This document shows, piece by piece, positions 13,601-26,758 of a stretch of 64,000 nucleotides of DNA. Source of the stretch: Guillardia theta CCMP2712 (taxonomy: Eukaryota > Protista > Cryptophyta); the NCBI RefSeq assembly GCF_000315625.1, contig NW_005434647.1:114103-178102 (forward strand). Reading direction: 5' to 3'. The position numbers and the translations under genes were made by a program. Numbering within the stretch: position 1 is the first letter of the stretch; each line of letters begins with the position of its first letter. The notes below the pieces were generated by a model. That model worked only from the letters and a program-made list of their open reading frames with translations. It was not told the DNA's origin and did no database searches.

Positions 13601-14000
13601 CTCGGCTTGACTGCCATGCAGATCATGTCGACATCATGGGGAATCGTCACATGATCAACGATGTGCTGATGATCGCTTCGGTAACGAAACATAATGACTG
13701 TGGACATGACGATGATAGTGATGGTGATGGTCATGGTGATGGTGATGGTGATGGTGATGGTGATAATGATGGTGATGATGGTTGTGAAAAGCATCAAGAT
13801 TATCTTGACTGCCGTAGCAATTCTGGTGACGGCATGTATGCATGCTTCTTTCCCTCCACCTCGTTTGTTTCCGTCATCTCTTGTTTTTTCCCTTAGCATG
13901 ACCAGCCTTTGCGATTGATCAGGGAGAAACTTTGGACAACAACATCCACAGCAACATCGCCAACATCAGCAACAACATTCGACTTCCTGGCATCAGCTAG
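10662..14000 (+). CDS. PDAT: Phospholipid:diacylglycerol acyltransferase (PDAT/LRO1, LCAT family), multi-exon
   Basis: N-terminal TM segment, HPVVMLPGIVTTGLELW, FRQRMWG, ASYDWRL, catalytic AHSMGG, IYCLYGVGKETE, GDGSVPLLSLG, HVDIMGN. Last exon ends in TAG at 13998-14000. Confidence 0.92.
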
Positions 14001-14218
14001 TCCCTTCAGCTCAACGTAGCGAGGCGTTGCAACCTTGCTCTTGCTCTTGCTCCTTTTCTTCCCGCCCTTCTCCTAATCCACCTAGCCCGCCCTCCTCGGT
14101 TTTGGTCGTTTCGACAAATTTTGTGTGTTCGGGAGGCAAGCAAGCTTCCGAAAGTTTTCAGTTTCTCATTGCATATGAACAAGGTTTCTACAGCAAGCTG
14201 CTCTGATATATCTGTCCG

Positions 14219-15359
14219 CTACCTCTCGTCCTCCTCCTCAACTTCCGCTTCCTCCTTTCTCAGCTTGTCGAGTGTCTCTACTAGCAGCCGACTCTCGCTC
14301 GTCTCCTCCTCCTCTCCCATCATCGTCGTCATTTCCTTCCATCCCTTCCTCCCCCACCCTGACCAGAACCATCGCAGCAGCAGCGCCAGCGCATGCGAGT
14401 CATAGTCTTGACGCGGCTCGTCCTCCCTCCTCCTCCCCTTCCTTGGGTCCGGGAGGTAACTCGCCAGCTTCTGCAGCCGTCTGATCGTGAACTGCCCTTC
14501 CTCCTCCTCCTCCTGGCCTTCTTCCTCCTTGGTGTGCAGGGCGTGTGCGGTAACGACGGCAAGGAAGGAGTTGAGAGCGTCGAGCTGCTGCTCGGCCTGC
14601 TTGCAAGGTGCAGGGAATCTGTAGAGGAACAGGGCGCTCCTAAGGAGACTCTGCTGCCTCCTCCTCCTCCTCCGCACCTCCTCGCACATTTCGTCATCCT
14701 CCGCACACAAGTTTGCCATCCACCAGAAGAACTTGATCCTCCTCTCCTGTCCCAGCTGCTGAGCCCTCGCCTCCTCCCCTCCTGCACTTCCCATCGCCAC
14801 TACCTCCAGCATCGTCATCTTCCCGCTCTCCTCTGACCGCCGAGGCCAGCAAGCTTGAAGCATGCAGACACACAGCTGATACATGGAGGAGGAGGAGGAG
14901 GAGGAGGAGGAGGAGGAGGAGGAGGAGATCCAAGAGCAGGGAATCATTTGCACCACCTCGAAGAAGAGTTGTCTGCTGGCATTCGCCTTCACCTGCAGGT
15001 TCTGCCAAAGTCTGAGAATGTCCTGCCGAGAGATGAAGGCAGCAGACGAGGAGAAGGAGGCAGAGCTCTTTCCCCTAGCCCCCAGCAGCCTGCTCCTCCT
15101 GCTCAGCACAGATCGCAGGAGACGGAGGAGCAGGACGATGTCGAGGCTGCTGGCGTCTGCGGAGGAAGCGACAGCTCTAGTTTTCTCCTCCTCCTCCATG
15201 CATGCGGCAGCGTAGACCAGCACCTGCCGGCAGCAGATCGCCAGCTCCTCGTACGCCAGCACAGGGCGAGCAAGTGGAAGCCTCACGCTGAGACTGTATA
15301 TGAGCTGCAGCATCAGCCCTGCTAGCGTCTTCTTCCCCTCTCCTGCTGTCACTGCCGCT

Positions 15360-15401
<42 letters not shown>

Positions 15402-17726
15402 CCTGACGTGCCTAGCCTGTCTTTGCCGCCGCTTGCCGGAGACAGGAGCGATAGGGAAGATCGGATCCAAGCAAGAACGCCTGCTTGCTCGACCAGATAC
15501 ACTGAACCTGCAGGGCTGTGAGGGAGGAGGCGCAGAGAACACAATGACAGGACAAGCACAGTACAAAGCACAGAGAGCAGGAGAAGAAAGAGGACGAAGA
15601 AGGAGAAGGTGCAGGTGCAGAAGAGGAAGAGGAGGGGGAAGAAGAGAGGAGAGGAGGAAGAGGAATAAAGGTGACAGGAGCAGGTGCAGGAGGAAAGGAG
15701 GAAGGGGGGGGGAAAGGAAGGAGAGGAGGAAGAGGAGGACCTGATGGGGTGTGCGAGAAGGCCAGCAACACTTGAAGGATGGAGCAGCTCGTGTCATTGC
15801 CGCAGGAGAACGAATCATGAGTCGCCATGAGCAGCGAGAGGACGTGACGCTGCCACACTGTCACTATTTTCTCCTCCTTGCTCTTCTCTCTTCTTCCTGA
15901 TCCTGCTCTCCTCTTCTTCGTGATCCTGCTCTCCTCCTCCTGCTCCTCCTGCTCCTACTGCTTCTCCCTTCCCTTCCCTCTCTCTCCTGCTTGTTTGTGT
16001 CTTCCTTCGCAACTCTCTGCTTCCTTTCCTCGGTGTGTCTCTACCTACCCTCCCGCATCGCACCTTGCGGAAGATCGACCGATCATGTTCGGAGCGCGGT
16101 GCATGCTTGAGCATGCGGATACACCAGTCCCGTTCCGTCCTCCACGAGGCTCCCCCACTGTTGAGCATCTACACAACCATGAGATGAGGGAGGAGGAGGA
16201 GGAGGAGAAGGACACCTGATAGAGCATGGGAATCTCGTTGAGGTCGAGGAAGGGACGCTGGAGGAGGAAGCTTGTGACTGGCTGGAAGAGAGGATGCGCA
16301 GGGCGAAGAACGATGGGGATGCTCTCAGCCACAAAGCAAGTCACGATGACAGGCAGTTTCTGTGACAACTCTGTTCAGCAAAACTCCCCAGCACTTTCTT
16401 TGCCTCCCCCTCTCTGCTCCCCTCCATCCGGCGTGCTTCCCCTCCTAGTGTCCCTCCCTCATCTCATGCGTCGGAANNNNNNNNNNNNNNNNNNNNNNNN
16501 NNNNNNNNNNNNNNNNNNNNNNNNNNNNNNNNNNNNNNNNNNNNNNNNNNNNNNNNNNNNNNNNNNNNNNNNNNNNAACTACCTGTTCTACGCGAAACTA
16601 CCCCACGCACCTTTCCTTTTCGTCCTCCCCCCTCCCTCCTCGCTCCCCTCCCTACCCTAACCCCCTCCCCTCCCCCCCCCTCCCTCTCCACTCTCTTCCT
16701 GTCCTCTCTCTCTCTTCCTGTCCTCTCTCTCTCTTTCTCTCCTCCTCTCTCTTCCTCCCTCCTCTCTCGCACCTGAAGAGGCTGGGTTATAGCATCTCGT
16801 AGCGATCGCAAGAGGATCCCCAGGGACGTCCAGTCGCGCGAGAGCCCTGAGCTCTTCTTCCTAGTCTCCTCCACAACCTCCAACGCGCTCTCCAGCACCG
16901 CATACCCCATCCTCCTCACCCTCTCCTCCTCTGCCGCCGTCGCCATCACCGCGTACGCCAGTCCTCCCCCTTCGATCGCCATCTGCACGTCATGCGGCCC
17001 CGACGAGAGGGCGACGAGCAGGACGGGAAGGATGTACGTCGGGTCCAACGCGCCCTCCATCGCCCTCGGGCATGAGCAAAGTCCACTCCCCGTCCACAAG
17101 AGATGCGATAGGGGAACCTCCTCCTCCTCCTCCTCCTCTTGCGTCTTGAGCAGGAAGGAGGAGGGAGCAGCAGGAGGGTCCGGCACGATCATGCACAGGG
17201 GGAACTCCCGAGCAGCCTGAGCAAGACGAGCAGGAGGAGCAGAGGCTGGTCCCCAGAGCCACCCGAAGGTGCCAGCTCCCTGCTGGTCGAGGATGCGGGA
17301 GGAAGAGGCCTTGGACGAGGCTGCCGCTCCCCAGGCAAAGTCAAGGAGGGAGGGAGAGTGTCCGTGCGACTCGAAGAGCAGGAGGATCCTTCGGATGACT
17401 CTGTCCGCGTCCGCCAGCGTCGCGCGGTAGCTCTCGAGGTAGAGGAGGAGGTGGGAGGACGAGCAGCAGTCCGGCCCCCCGACCTCAAGGAGGGAGAGGA
17501 GGACGGAGAACAGGTGGCGGCGAGAGCGGCTGGTGGGGAGGGAGGAGGAGGAGAAGGAGGGCTGCTGTAGGATGAGAGCATGCAGACGAACAGCAGAGAT
17601 AGCGAGGACGTTGCACCCTTGGGTCACAAGCTCTGGGCTACAGAGCACCTGAAGGAAGATCATTCGAGGAAATGGAGCAGGAGCAGGAGCAGAAGCAGAA
17701 GCACGCGGAGCAGCAGCAGCAGCAGA

Positions 17727-17774
<48 letters not shown>

Positions 17775-17799
17775 GGCAGGAGCAGGGGCAGGGGCAGGG

Positions 17800-17852
<53 letters not shown>

Positions 17853-19630
17853 CGGAGGAGCAGGAGCAGGAGCAGGAGAAGGAGCAGGAGCAGAAGCAGG
17901 AGCAGGAGCAGGAGAAGGAGAAGGAGCAGCAGCAGACCTCGACGATGAGGTGGATCATCCTCATGCTGCTGGTTCTTGTCATTCTCTTCTCGATCACTGA
18001 GGACAGGAATGCCTCGATCTCCTTCCCCTTGCTGTTGAGCAGCTCCTGAGCCCTGCTGCTGCTCGCGAGAGCGGAGGGAGAGGAGGATGGAGGGGAGGAG
18101 GAGGAGAAGGACGTGGAGGACAGCAGTTTGACCAGCACCTCCTCCAGCATCTGCTCTGTTAGTTTGAGTTCCTGCACATTCCTTGGCTTTGACGAGTGCT
18201 CAGCGACTTTTCTCCTCTTTTTGCTCCCGCCCTCCTCCTCGTCCTCCTCGCCCTGTTTGTCCTCTTGCTCATACAGCTCCCGCAGCCTCTGCATGCAGAG
18301 GAGCAAGACGGAGACGGCGAGGCAGGTCTCTTCCTCGTCCAGCTTGTTGTCCGTGCAGTGAAGGAAGAGGAGGAGGTGAAGGGAGTCCAGCGACTTCTCG
18401 CCAGAGAGAAGAAGATCGACTTCTGCTGCCAGCTTCTGCGAGGTTAATCAGGACGAGGAGAAAAGAGGAGGAGAGGAGATGGGACGAGGATTCAAGAAGA
18501 GGAGAGGTGAGGAGAGGTGAGGAGAGGTGAGGTGAGGAGAGGAGAGGAGAGCAGACCTTATGCGAGAGTCGGATCACCACCTGCTCTGATCGATTCCTCA
18601 AGACTTGGAGAACAAGTTGGCAGCAAGACCAGCGGAGGTCGAAGGGGTTGCTCAAGTCCAGAAGCCCTTCCAGTAGTACCTCCCCCCAGCCCTCCCGCAG
18701 ACTCGACAAGCTCTCGTAGTCCTGGAGGCACATGGCCTTGCAACCTTGAATGAGAGGAGGGAGCAACACAAGAAATTTCCCTCTCCCTCCTGCTGATCCT
18801 CCCGTCCTCTCCTGCTCCTCCTTGAGCAACTTCATCATCTCCTCCCTCATCCTCCCTCCGCAACGAGCAAGCTGGCTGTAGACTTCCATGCTGCCGCTGC
18901 CGCTGTTCTTGAGAATCTCCTTCATCTTGCCTTTCTTGCAGAAGAACAAGAGGGACAGATCGTCTTCGTTGGGATGCGAGAGAAGTGAAGAAGAAAAATC
19001 TCCTTCCTCCTCCTCCTCCTCCTCCTCCTCCTCCTCCTCTACGTCCTCCACTCCCTGCCCAACTTTCGCTCCCTCCTTCAGCGGTCGGTGGCCTTGTAAG
19101 TCAAACGTCGACCTGGTAGACTGTGAGACGAAAGAAAGGCCGAAAGCATGACAGCGAGGGAGGAGAAGGGGGGAGGGAGAAAGGAGGGGTGCGAGAAGGG
19201 AGAGAGAAGGGGTGGGAAGGAGGTAGAGCTTTGAAAGGAGAAACAACACAATCAAAACAGGAGATTGAGATAACAAAGGGAAGAAAGGGATGGAACAAGA
19301 GCGTCGTCAGACAGCTTGAACAAGATTACTAACACTCAGTCACGATCATCAGACCCTTCCTCTCCAAAACAACGACAACCATCAACTCACTTGATCAGCG
19401 AAGTAGCGAGACTTTGCCAGAGGGAGAAGAGAGGAGAAGAGGAGAAGTCTTCATCGCCAGCCGCAAACTTGATCAAGTTGAAGATGGTTCTGATGTTGGT
19501 GAGTGGAACGCCGTTGATGCTCAGCCGCTGAGTCAGGAGATGGCAGATCAAATACAGCATCTCAGTCTGCTCCTGCACAAGGTGTGAGATCATTACAACA
19601 TTCCATCCTCCTCCTCCTCCTCCTCTCCTT

Positions 19631-19706
<76 letters not shown>

Positions 19707-22700
19707 ACGCTACCTCGCCATGCTGGCCTTTCATCCTCCCGCTCACAAACTTGTTCACGATGCGACGAGCATGAGCAAGTGGCAGACAAGACCACAACTG
19801 CTTGAGAGAGCTCAAAACCATATTGCCCGCATCACCTTTATCCTCCTCCTCTTCCTCCTCTTCCTCCTGCTTCTTCCTCCTCTTCTTCTTCTCCTCACCA
19901 CCCTGTTGATGTTCGATGTGCAAGCAAGCAGCATCGCAAACACACTGCATGTAAGGAGCAGCAGCAGAGGAGACTGCGGCAGACGCGCCGCTGCCTGCCG
20001 GCCATCGGACGGAGCACGAGAGCACCAAGATCGAGTTGACTGCATGCATCAACTGCTGCATGTTCCCCTCCTCTCGCTCCCTCCTCCTCCTCTCCCTCAC
20101 CCTCCCGTACACCTCCTGCAACACCCTCGTTGACAAGATCCGCTCGCACATGCTACCCAGCATGTCATACTTGCTCCTGACCTCGGAGACGGCCGACTTC
20201 AGTCCTCCCTCCTTCCTCCTCCTCGCCTTAACCGCCGGCGCCGTCGCCTCCTCCCTCAGACTCTCCAGCACCCTCCTCATCATCGTCTCAGCAAGAGAAA
20301 GGTAGAACACGGTCATCTCGACAAGCTCCCTGCCGCCCTCCGCAGGAGGAGGAAGCGAAGGAGCAAGAGATCGCAGGACCCCAACCAGGTTGAGGAGGAC
20401 GTGGCTGAAGAACCTTGCGATCGTCTCCTCGTCTGCTCCTTTGATGCAGCTCTCCAGCCTCCCCCACACCAAGGTGTCGTTGATCACCCGAGGTCCAGCC
20501 AGGTGGCACTGAGAGAGGAGGGAGTCGAAGGAGAGGAGCTCCAGGAGGCGGCGGCTGCGGAGGAGGCGGTTCAGGTCCTCAGCGGGCACGAGCATGTCAA
20601 TGACGACAGCGCTCGGGCAGTCGGAAAGGAGAGGAGGAAGCGAGGACCTTGCCTGCCCCACCTCCCCCCTGAGAGCATCCTCCACCAGCTGCTTCATCCT
20701 CATCACGGCCTCCTTGTCTTCTCCTCCTCCTGCCTTTCCCCCTGCCCATTGCAGAGCGCTCCTCCCAAGCACGATGGAGCAGTAGGAAGAGACCGACCTA
20801 AGAGTACCCGCCTCCAGCTGCTTCCCAGCAAACTTGACAAGGCGCGAGAAGATGAAGTCTGGACGAGGAGAGACGTGGAAGATGTCCACGAAGACGCGCG
20901 AAATGAACATCACCAGCTCTCCTCCTCCTGCTCCTCCTCCTCCTCCTGTTTCTTCACTTGCCAGCGTCATGAGGGCATGGAGGAGGAGGGGGCTCAGACT
21001 GCCCTCTAGGAACTTCTTGTCTCCTCCCAGTCGCAATCCTCCCTGTGAGAAGAAGAGCATCAGGGGAGAGCGGAGGATTTCAGAGACAAGTCTGAGCCGA
21101 GAGAGTAGGGAGAGAGGACGAGAGGAGAAGGGAGGAAACGAGCGAAGCAGAGCAGAGCAGAGGAAAGGGCAGGAGAGGAGAGGACAGGGCAGAGAGGAGA
21201 AGAGAGGAGAAGAGAAGAGAAGAGAAGAGAAGAGAGGAGAAGAGAGGAGAAGAGAGGACAGGAGAGGAGAAGATGACAGGAAAAGCGAGAGAGATGGGTA
21301 GAAAGCAAGCCTCACATCGCTTTCATGCTCAAAATTGTTCTCTTCCTCCATGGCGGTCGAACTTAATTGCTGCATCCTCTTCATTCCCTCCACGCAAAGT
21401 CTCTCCAGAAGATGCTCGCTGCTCGCTCCTTCATTTGCTCGTGACAGCCAGATCTTGGCCTCCTCTTTTCTCCCCCCCACCTGCTGCCGGTCAGCAATGA
21501 TTGACAAGAGAACGCAAGAGGGAGGACAGAAAGGTGAAAGTGAGAAGGAGAAAGGACACGGGAATCCAGTGAGAACAAACAAGATGAGAGGGGGGGGGGG
21601 GGGATGAACGGGGAGGACGGAGCCTGAAGGAGGAGGGGGCGGTACCAGGCCGAAATCAAGGAGGAGCTTGACAGCAACAGCTTGCGCTTCGAGTCGAAGT
21701 GGAGGAGGAAGGCTCGCCATGCTTACGATCTTCATCAAGTTCCCGAAGTTGCTCCTCTCCCCCTTGTTGCTTGCCGCAAACCAGGAGCCGCCCGCGGAAG
21801 GAGCGTGGTTGAGACAGTGGAGGAGGTGGAGAAGAGAGGAGGAGGAAGACAGGAGGAACTTGTCACTGAGGAACTTAGACAGGTCGATTCTTGACTCAGC
21901 AATGCTCTCCGGGAAATGGATCAGGTACATATTGAGCACCTTTACGACAAGTGAGTTAGATGAAAGAAATGACGGTGCAGCCCAAGAGAACGGGCAAAGT
22001 TCTCCTTCCATCAAGAACGAATACAGCAGACAGAATAGACGCATTGTAACGTCAACGAGATTGAAGGAATGAGAGGGACAAGGGGGTACACCAGAACAAA
22101 ATCAAACATCAAACAAATCATCACCAGCACCAGCACCAGCACCAGCACCAGCACCAGTACCAGCACCAGTACCAGCACCAGCACCAGCACCAGCACCAGC
22201 ACCAGCACCAGCACCAGCACCAGCACCAGCACCAGCACCAGCACCAGCACCAGCACCAGCACCAGCACCAGCACCAGCACCAGCACCAGCACCAGCACCA
22301 GCACCAGCACCAGCATTCGTTTGACTACACTTGTCACTGACCTGTAGTATCCTCGGCATCAGGAGCTTGGCTCCTTGCGCATTCTTGTCGTCGGCAGAGA
22401 TGGAGGAGGCGGCATGCTGTCTCACCGCCACGATTACCTGGAAGTCTGGGAGCTGCTTGCGAACTATTTGCTTCAGGTGATCCATGAAATCCTCAACCAT
22501 GACCGCCACGTCGCCCGCTCCCATCCTCCTCCTTCCCCCCCTCCCTCCTCCTTCCAGATGTGAGAACCGACGGAACACGAACTCCAGACGCAGCAGGATG
22601 CTGGTGAGCAGATGGCACGTCGACAACCTGACCAGGTACGACGAGTGCTGCAGCCCGGGGCTGAGAAACGCCTTGCAAATCTGCCTGGGTGCGATCCAGT

Positions 22701-24099
22701 CCGCCACACTCATCGCGTTCGTCCATGCAGACATCTGGTGGGCGTCATGGCCGATGAGGAAGAGAGGGCAGAGCTCATCGTCGGGGATGTTGGAGAGAAT
22801 CTTCAAGAGAGCAGCAGACATGGACAGAAACTTCAGCGACAAGACCGGCGACATGGTGAACGGGGAAGCTCGGAGGTAGTGCGGGTGGATGTGGGGATGC
22901 CTTGCCAAGACCTCACACACGAACCCGAGCTGAGAGCTGTCGTCCAGTACCTTGAGGCTGGTCAAGAAGGGGATCAGCAGCTTGACGTTCGACTGAGCAA
23001 CAGTGTAGGAGCGACTTGAGAGCGTATCGCAGCACAGCTTCTTCAGCAAGATGCTGGCGTCCTTCCGCACCATCTCCTGCTCCTCGTCACCAGGCTTCTG
23101 AGAGAGCAAGCAAGCTAGCTGCTCCAGATTGTTGGCCGTGAAGATCTGAGCGACTGCAGAGAACCCCATGTCTCTGTTCGACAGCACCCTCTCGTCAACT
23201 GCACCCAGCAACTCCCGCACGACGGCTGGTTCGTCCCCTTCGACATGGGCAAACATGGAAGTGAAGAGCCCGGAGGTGCCGATGATCGCCTGCATCAGCT
23301 CGACGTCTCCAACTTGCAGCATCTTGACGATCCAGGAGATCACGGCGCCTCTAGCTTCCCTCTTGTGCGGCTTTTCCGCCGCCTCCTGCCTTGAGCTGGT
23401 CTTGGACGTCTCCATCATCTTGAGCAGATGCTTCATCTGCGGGTTGGTTTTCTTCCAGCAGTCTCTGCACTGGATGATTCCGATACTGCATATTGACCTC
23501 AGCAGCCGCATGCACTCCGTAAACAGCTGGAACTTGTTTCCTGTCATCGCCTCCACCAACGCGAGGTGGTGCTTCCTTATAAGTTTCGTCGCGATGTTCC
23601 GCGCATATTGTGTGAGGAGAGACATCTTGTGGCATGAGATCATAGCAGAAAGCAAGCGCAAGACGGTCAGCATCCTTTTCGTCTCCTTCATCTTCTCAGG
23701 AGCGAGCAGACGACAGATCTCTGCTGCCTCTGGTGATCCGTCGAAGTAGGCTTTCAACAAGGACGCTTGCTTCGAAGTTTCATCCCCAGAGGCTTCGAAA
23801 GCATGAGCAGCTTGCTTCACAACGTCTTCGAGTATCTTCAGCCTAGTGCTCAGCGTCCTCCCCTCCCCATTGAGACCTTTCAGGATGAACTCGAGCTGTT
23901 CCCCAACGTCGCCCTCGGGGAGCTGCAAGGGAACTTCTTCCTCTCCCTCCTCATCAGAATCTTCAAGCTCAGCATCCCTCTTCCTGTGCACTCGCTCTCT
24001 CATCTTCGACTGACGAGATCCTCCTTCCTCCTCTCCCTCATCCCTTCCCCCGCCCCTGCTTCTCTTCCGCCCTCCCGCACGTGCGTCCCCCGACACCAT
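14219..24099 (-). CDS. URB1: Nucleolar pre-ribosomal-associated protein 1 (URB1/Npa1), large multi-exon gene spanning an assembly gap
   Basis: Long helical ORFs 22102-24372, 19387-22044, 18269-19276, 17638-18306, 16464-17663, 14219-15571. URB1-like motifs QLPDFQVI, YRATLADADRVIRRILLLFE, LDPTYILP, and NopRA1-type C-terminal PMLYQMLNSG...WRTERDWCIRML...RHVLSLLM. Start taken at ATG 24097-24099 (MVSGDARAG). The 3' end is approximate. Confidence 0.8.
16477..16576. other. Assembly gap (100 N)
   Basis: Run of N inside a low-complexity URB1 intron. Confidence 1.
19631..19706. repeat. (ATC)n microsatellite in URB1 intron
   Basis: Pure ATC tandem run, source of the spurious poly-Met/poly-Asp ORF segments. 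Confidence 0.95.
22122..22315. repeat. (CACCAG)n hexanucleotide microsatellite in URB1 intron
   Basis: About 32 tandem copies. Related (GCAGGA)n/(CTCCTG)n tracts fill introns at ~13220-13410, ~17675-17935 and ~51430-51665. Confidence 0.95.
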
Positions 24100-24323
24100 A
24101 GCGGCTCCTGCCGTTACACGTTTCTGCCTATTTGTAACGAGCCGGAACTTGAACTTAACTGAGCCGCGGCCCGCCGGGCGCTGTGACTCCCGGTCCGAGC
24201 CTCCCGCGCGGCAGGGCCGCCGCGGGCCGGGCTGGGCGCCGGGCACTGCGGCACAGTCTGAGCCGCCCGGCGGCGTACGGGGCCCGGGGCAGCCGGCCTG
24301 CATGAGCTCGTAGGCAAGTTTTA

Positions 24324-24705
24324 GGGCCGTTTCCCGCCGGCTCCCAGATTCCAGATTTTTGACTTTATTCAAAATGATTTGAAATTTACCCCGAAATATT
24401 CACCGGTGCTTTCAATACATACTGACAGGGGGTGGGGTCCACTGCCTGTTCATATTTCATGCTCCCAGCGTACCCTGCCTACCTTCTAACAATTTTTCTC
24501 GATTGAGCTAATAGTATATTTCCATATAGTGCCTGCCCATTCGAAAAGCAAAATCTGGGAAAGTCAACCGCATCGTTTCATTCTCAAATTAAAATGACTT
24601 ATAGTTGAGTTCTCCAAAACATTTGGAGGAGAAAAAAAGAAATTGACTTATATTTGTATGAAAAAATCTGGAATCTGGAATCTGGGAGCCGGCGGGAAAC
24701 GGGCC
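24324..24705. mobile_element. Non-autonomous PIF/Harbinger (Tourist-like) MITE, 382 bp
   Basis: TIRs GGGCCGTTTCCCGCCGGCTCCCAGATTCCAGATTTTT (24324-24360) and AAAAATCTGGAATCTGGAATCTGGGAGCCGGCGGGAAACGGGCC (24662-24705). TTA on both flanks (24321-23, 24706-08). AT-rich non-coding interior. Confidence 0.85.
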
Positions 24706-26758
24706 TTACTCTCTGTTACCGTAGCGGCTCACCGTTCGTCAAAGTCAAATTTGATTTAAAAATCAGTACGAGGACAATCAGGAGAGTAAATTTATTTCAG
24801 TATTTACAAAGTCATCATCTCGATTCAGCCGCGAGTTCAGAGGCAGTACCCAAATCTTTCAAGAGAGGCCTGAATATTCGAATTTCGGTGCGGCTGATTT
24901 TAGTTTACTATTTCAAGTTAGCAATCCGCGCCTTGAATTTTGAATTAGTTCCGAGGCATGTGCTGACAAAAAGGGGGCACAAAACATATCGGTTCGGTCT
25001 CGGCCACCGGTTGAGATCGGTACCCTGGGTGCCGGGCGCAGCGGCATGACGTACCGTGGGCGTACCGTGCCTACTAGGCTACCCGGATGCCGCAGTACCG
25101 TACCGTTTACGGTGTCAGGGGGCACTGCTCAGATGCCCCCGATGCCAGGCCCGGTGCCCGGCCGTCAAACCGTTGAACGGTGGGACCGTCGGACGGCCGC
25201 AGTGCGGCAGTTCTAGCATTTTTTGTACTTCATCCCGGACCGCCGGTGACCAGTTCACTGCAGGCACGGCGGGGTGGGCCGTGGGTGGGTGGGGTGGGGG
25301 AGAAGAGCTAGTGGGGGCGGTGGGGGTCAGTGAGCTGCGGCAGGGTGGGGGTGCCGCAGTGCCCCGGGTCACCTGGGGTTCATTGGGTCACACCGACGGT
25401 GAATAAAAACTACTGCGACTGTTCCCTAGGACCTTTTCAGCTCTAGTGCCCTATGCTATCGGGAGTACCGAAGATGGTGCCTCCTATGGCCTGAGGGGGT
25501 ACCCCAGTGGTACTCGGTACTGCCAGTGACAGTACTGTACCGTACCAGACTCGAGGACCCCTCCTTACCTGCGCCATTCGGACCCTCCCGTCTCAGGCCT
25601 ACCCCTGGCCTCGAGATCTCGACGGGCATCTTCCGATGGTAGGGCCGTCTCCCTTAGGGCCTGGTCTGAAGTATGAGCCTACCACCCCACCCCCCTTTCA
25701 AGTAAAGTATATCCACCTGCCAAGTTGAACCCCCTTCACTGCCTTGCCCCACCCCACCTTGGTGACTCCGGGATGCCAATAAACCCAATCATACTAGCCA
25801 CCATAGTACCCCTGGTCTCATCCTTGGAAATGCTGAGGATAGTAGGGGTGTGACCCGTCTCTACGGGTCAATGTAGAGCTGCGATGACCCCACCCTCTAC
25901 CGGGGGCCTGGCTGTGCGTACCACCAAGTCTTAGGGAGTATCCTACTCATGTACCACCACTATGAAATCACTACCCTTGATTTCTCACATTGCAGCACCG
26001 GTGTTGGGAGGTGCTCGGTACCCTAGATCAGAGGTGGACCCCCCCTAGAATCTTGAAAGGTCCCCATCTACCCTACCCCTATCCCGCGGAACTTAGGTTC
26101 TGTATCCCGTGCTACCGCGCACTTTCCCTACGCTAGCTATCATCCTAACACTACACTGGTACTACCCCACCCTGATATCTCCTGCAAATGACCCCCCAAA
26201 AGATAGCCTCGGAGAAACCCCCTCACAAACCAACCACCCCACCACAGAACCTCACTTTCCTACACTCGAAGTCCCACCCTCAGGGGTGGGGATGACCCTC
26301 ACACGGTCATGTTGTCTTACTTGTCGGCAGAGCACATGATGCCTGGCATGGTCTTGCGATGCTGCCGCTGTCTGAGCCTTCTCATCTGATTCTGCTGTGT
26401 GCCTTTCCTCTCTTTGATCGCTGCATGACGTTGATGAGCGCGATCTTGTCACCGTGCCGTCCTATCGTTGTGTTGGGAATGGCATGGGCAACATGTGCAA
26501 CGTGAGTGTTGACTTCAGGGCGGCAGCTAGTTGTTTTTCTGGGTGATTTGTCGATGAGAACGTGACCAAGTTAGTTTCCTCATCCCTGCTCTTTCAAGTT
26601 TAGTTGTGGAGGTAATCTCAGTGTTGAGTGAGAAGAGCTCAGAGAGATGCGAGCTCTTGGCGTTGTAAAGTGCTTGTTGTCTCCATCGTCAGTTGAACTT
26701 TGAAGCATTAGAGTTTCGTTGGACTTCGAATCAATCTGAAAGTTACTTTGCAGCTGAA

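Noticed and set aside
13004-22347. Poly-Leu, poly-Arg, SC/ST/VL dipeptide and poly-Met ORFs
   Set aside because: Translations of intronic microsatellites
24100-25049. N-terminal extension of ORF 22102-24372 and ORF 24654-25049, both containing NLESGSRRET
   Set aside because: The shared peptide is just the translated MITE TIR read outward on each strand, not a protein repeat
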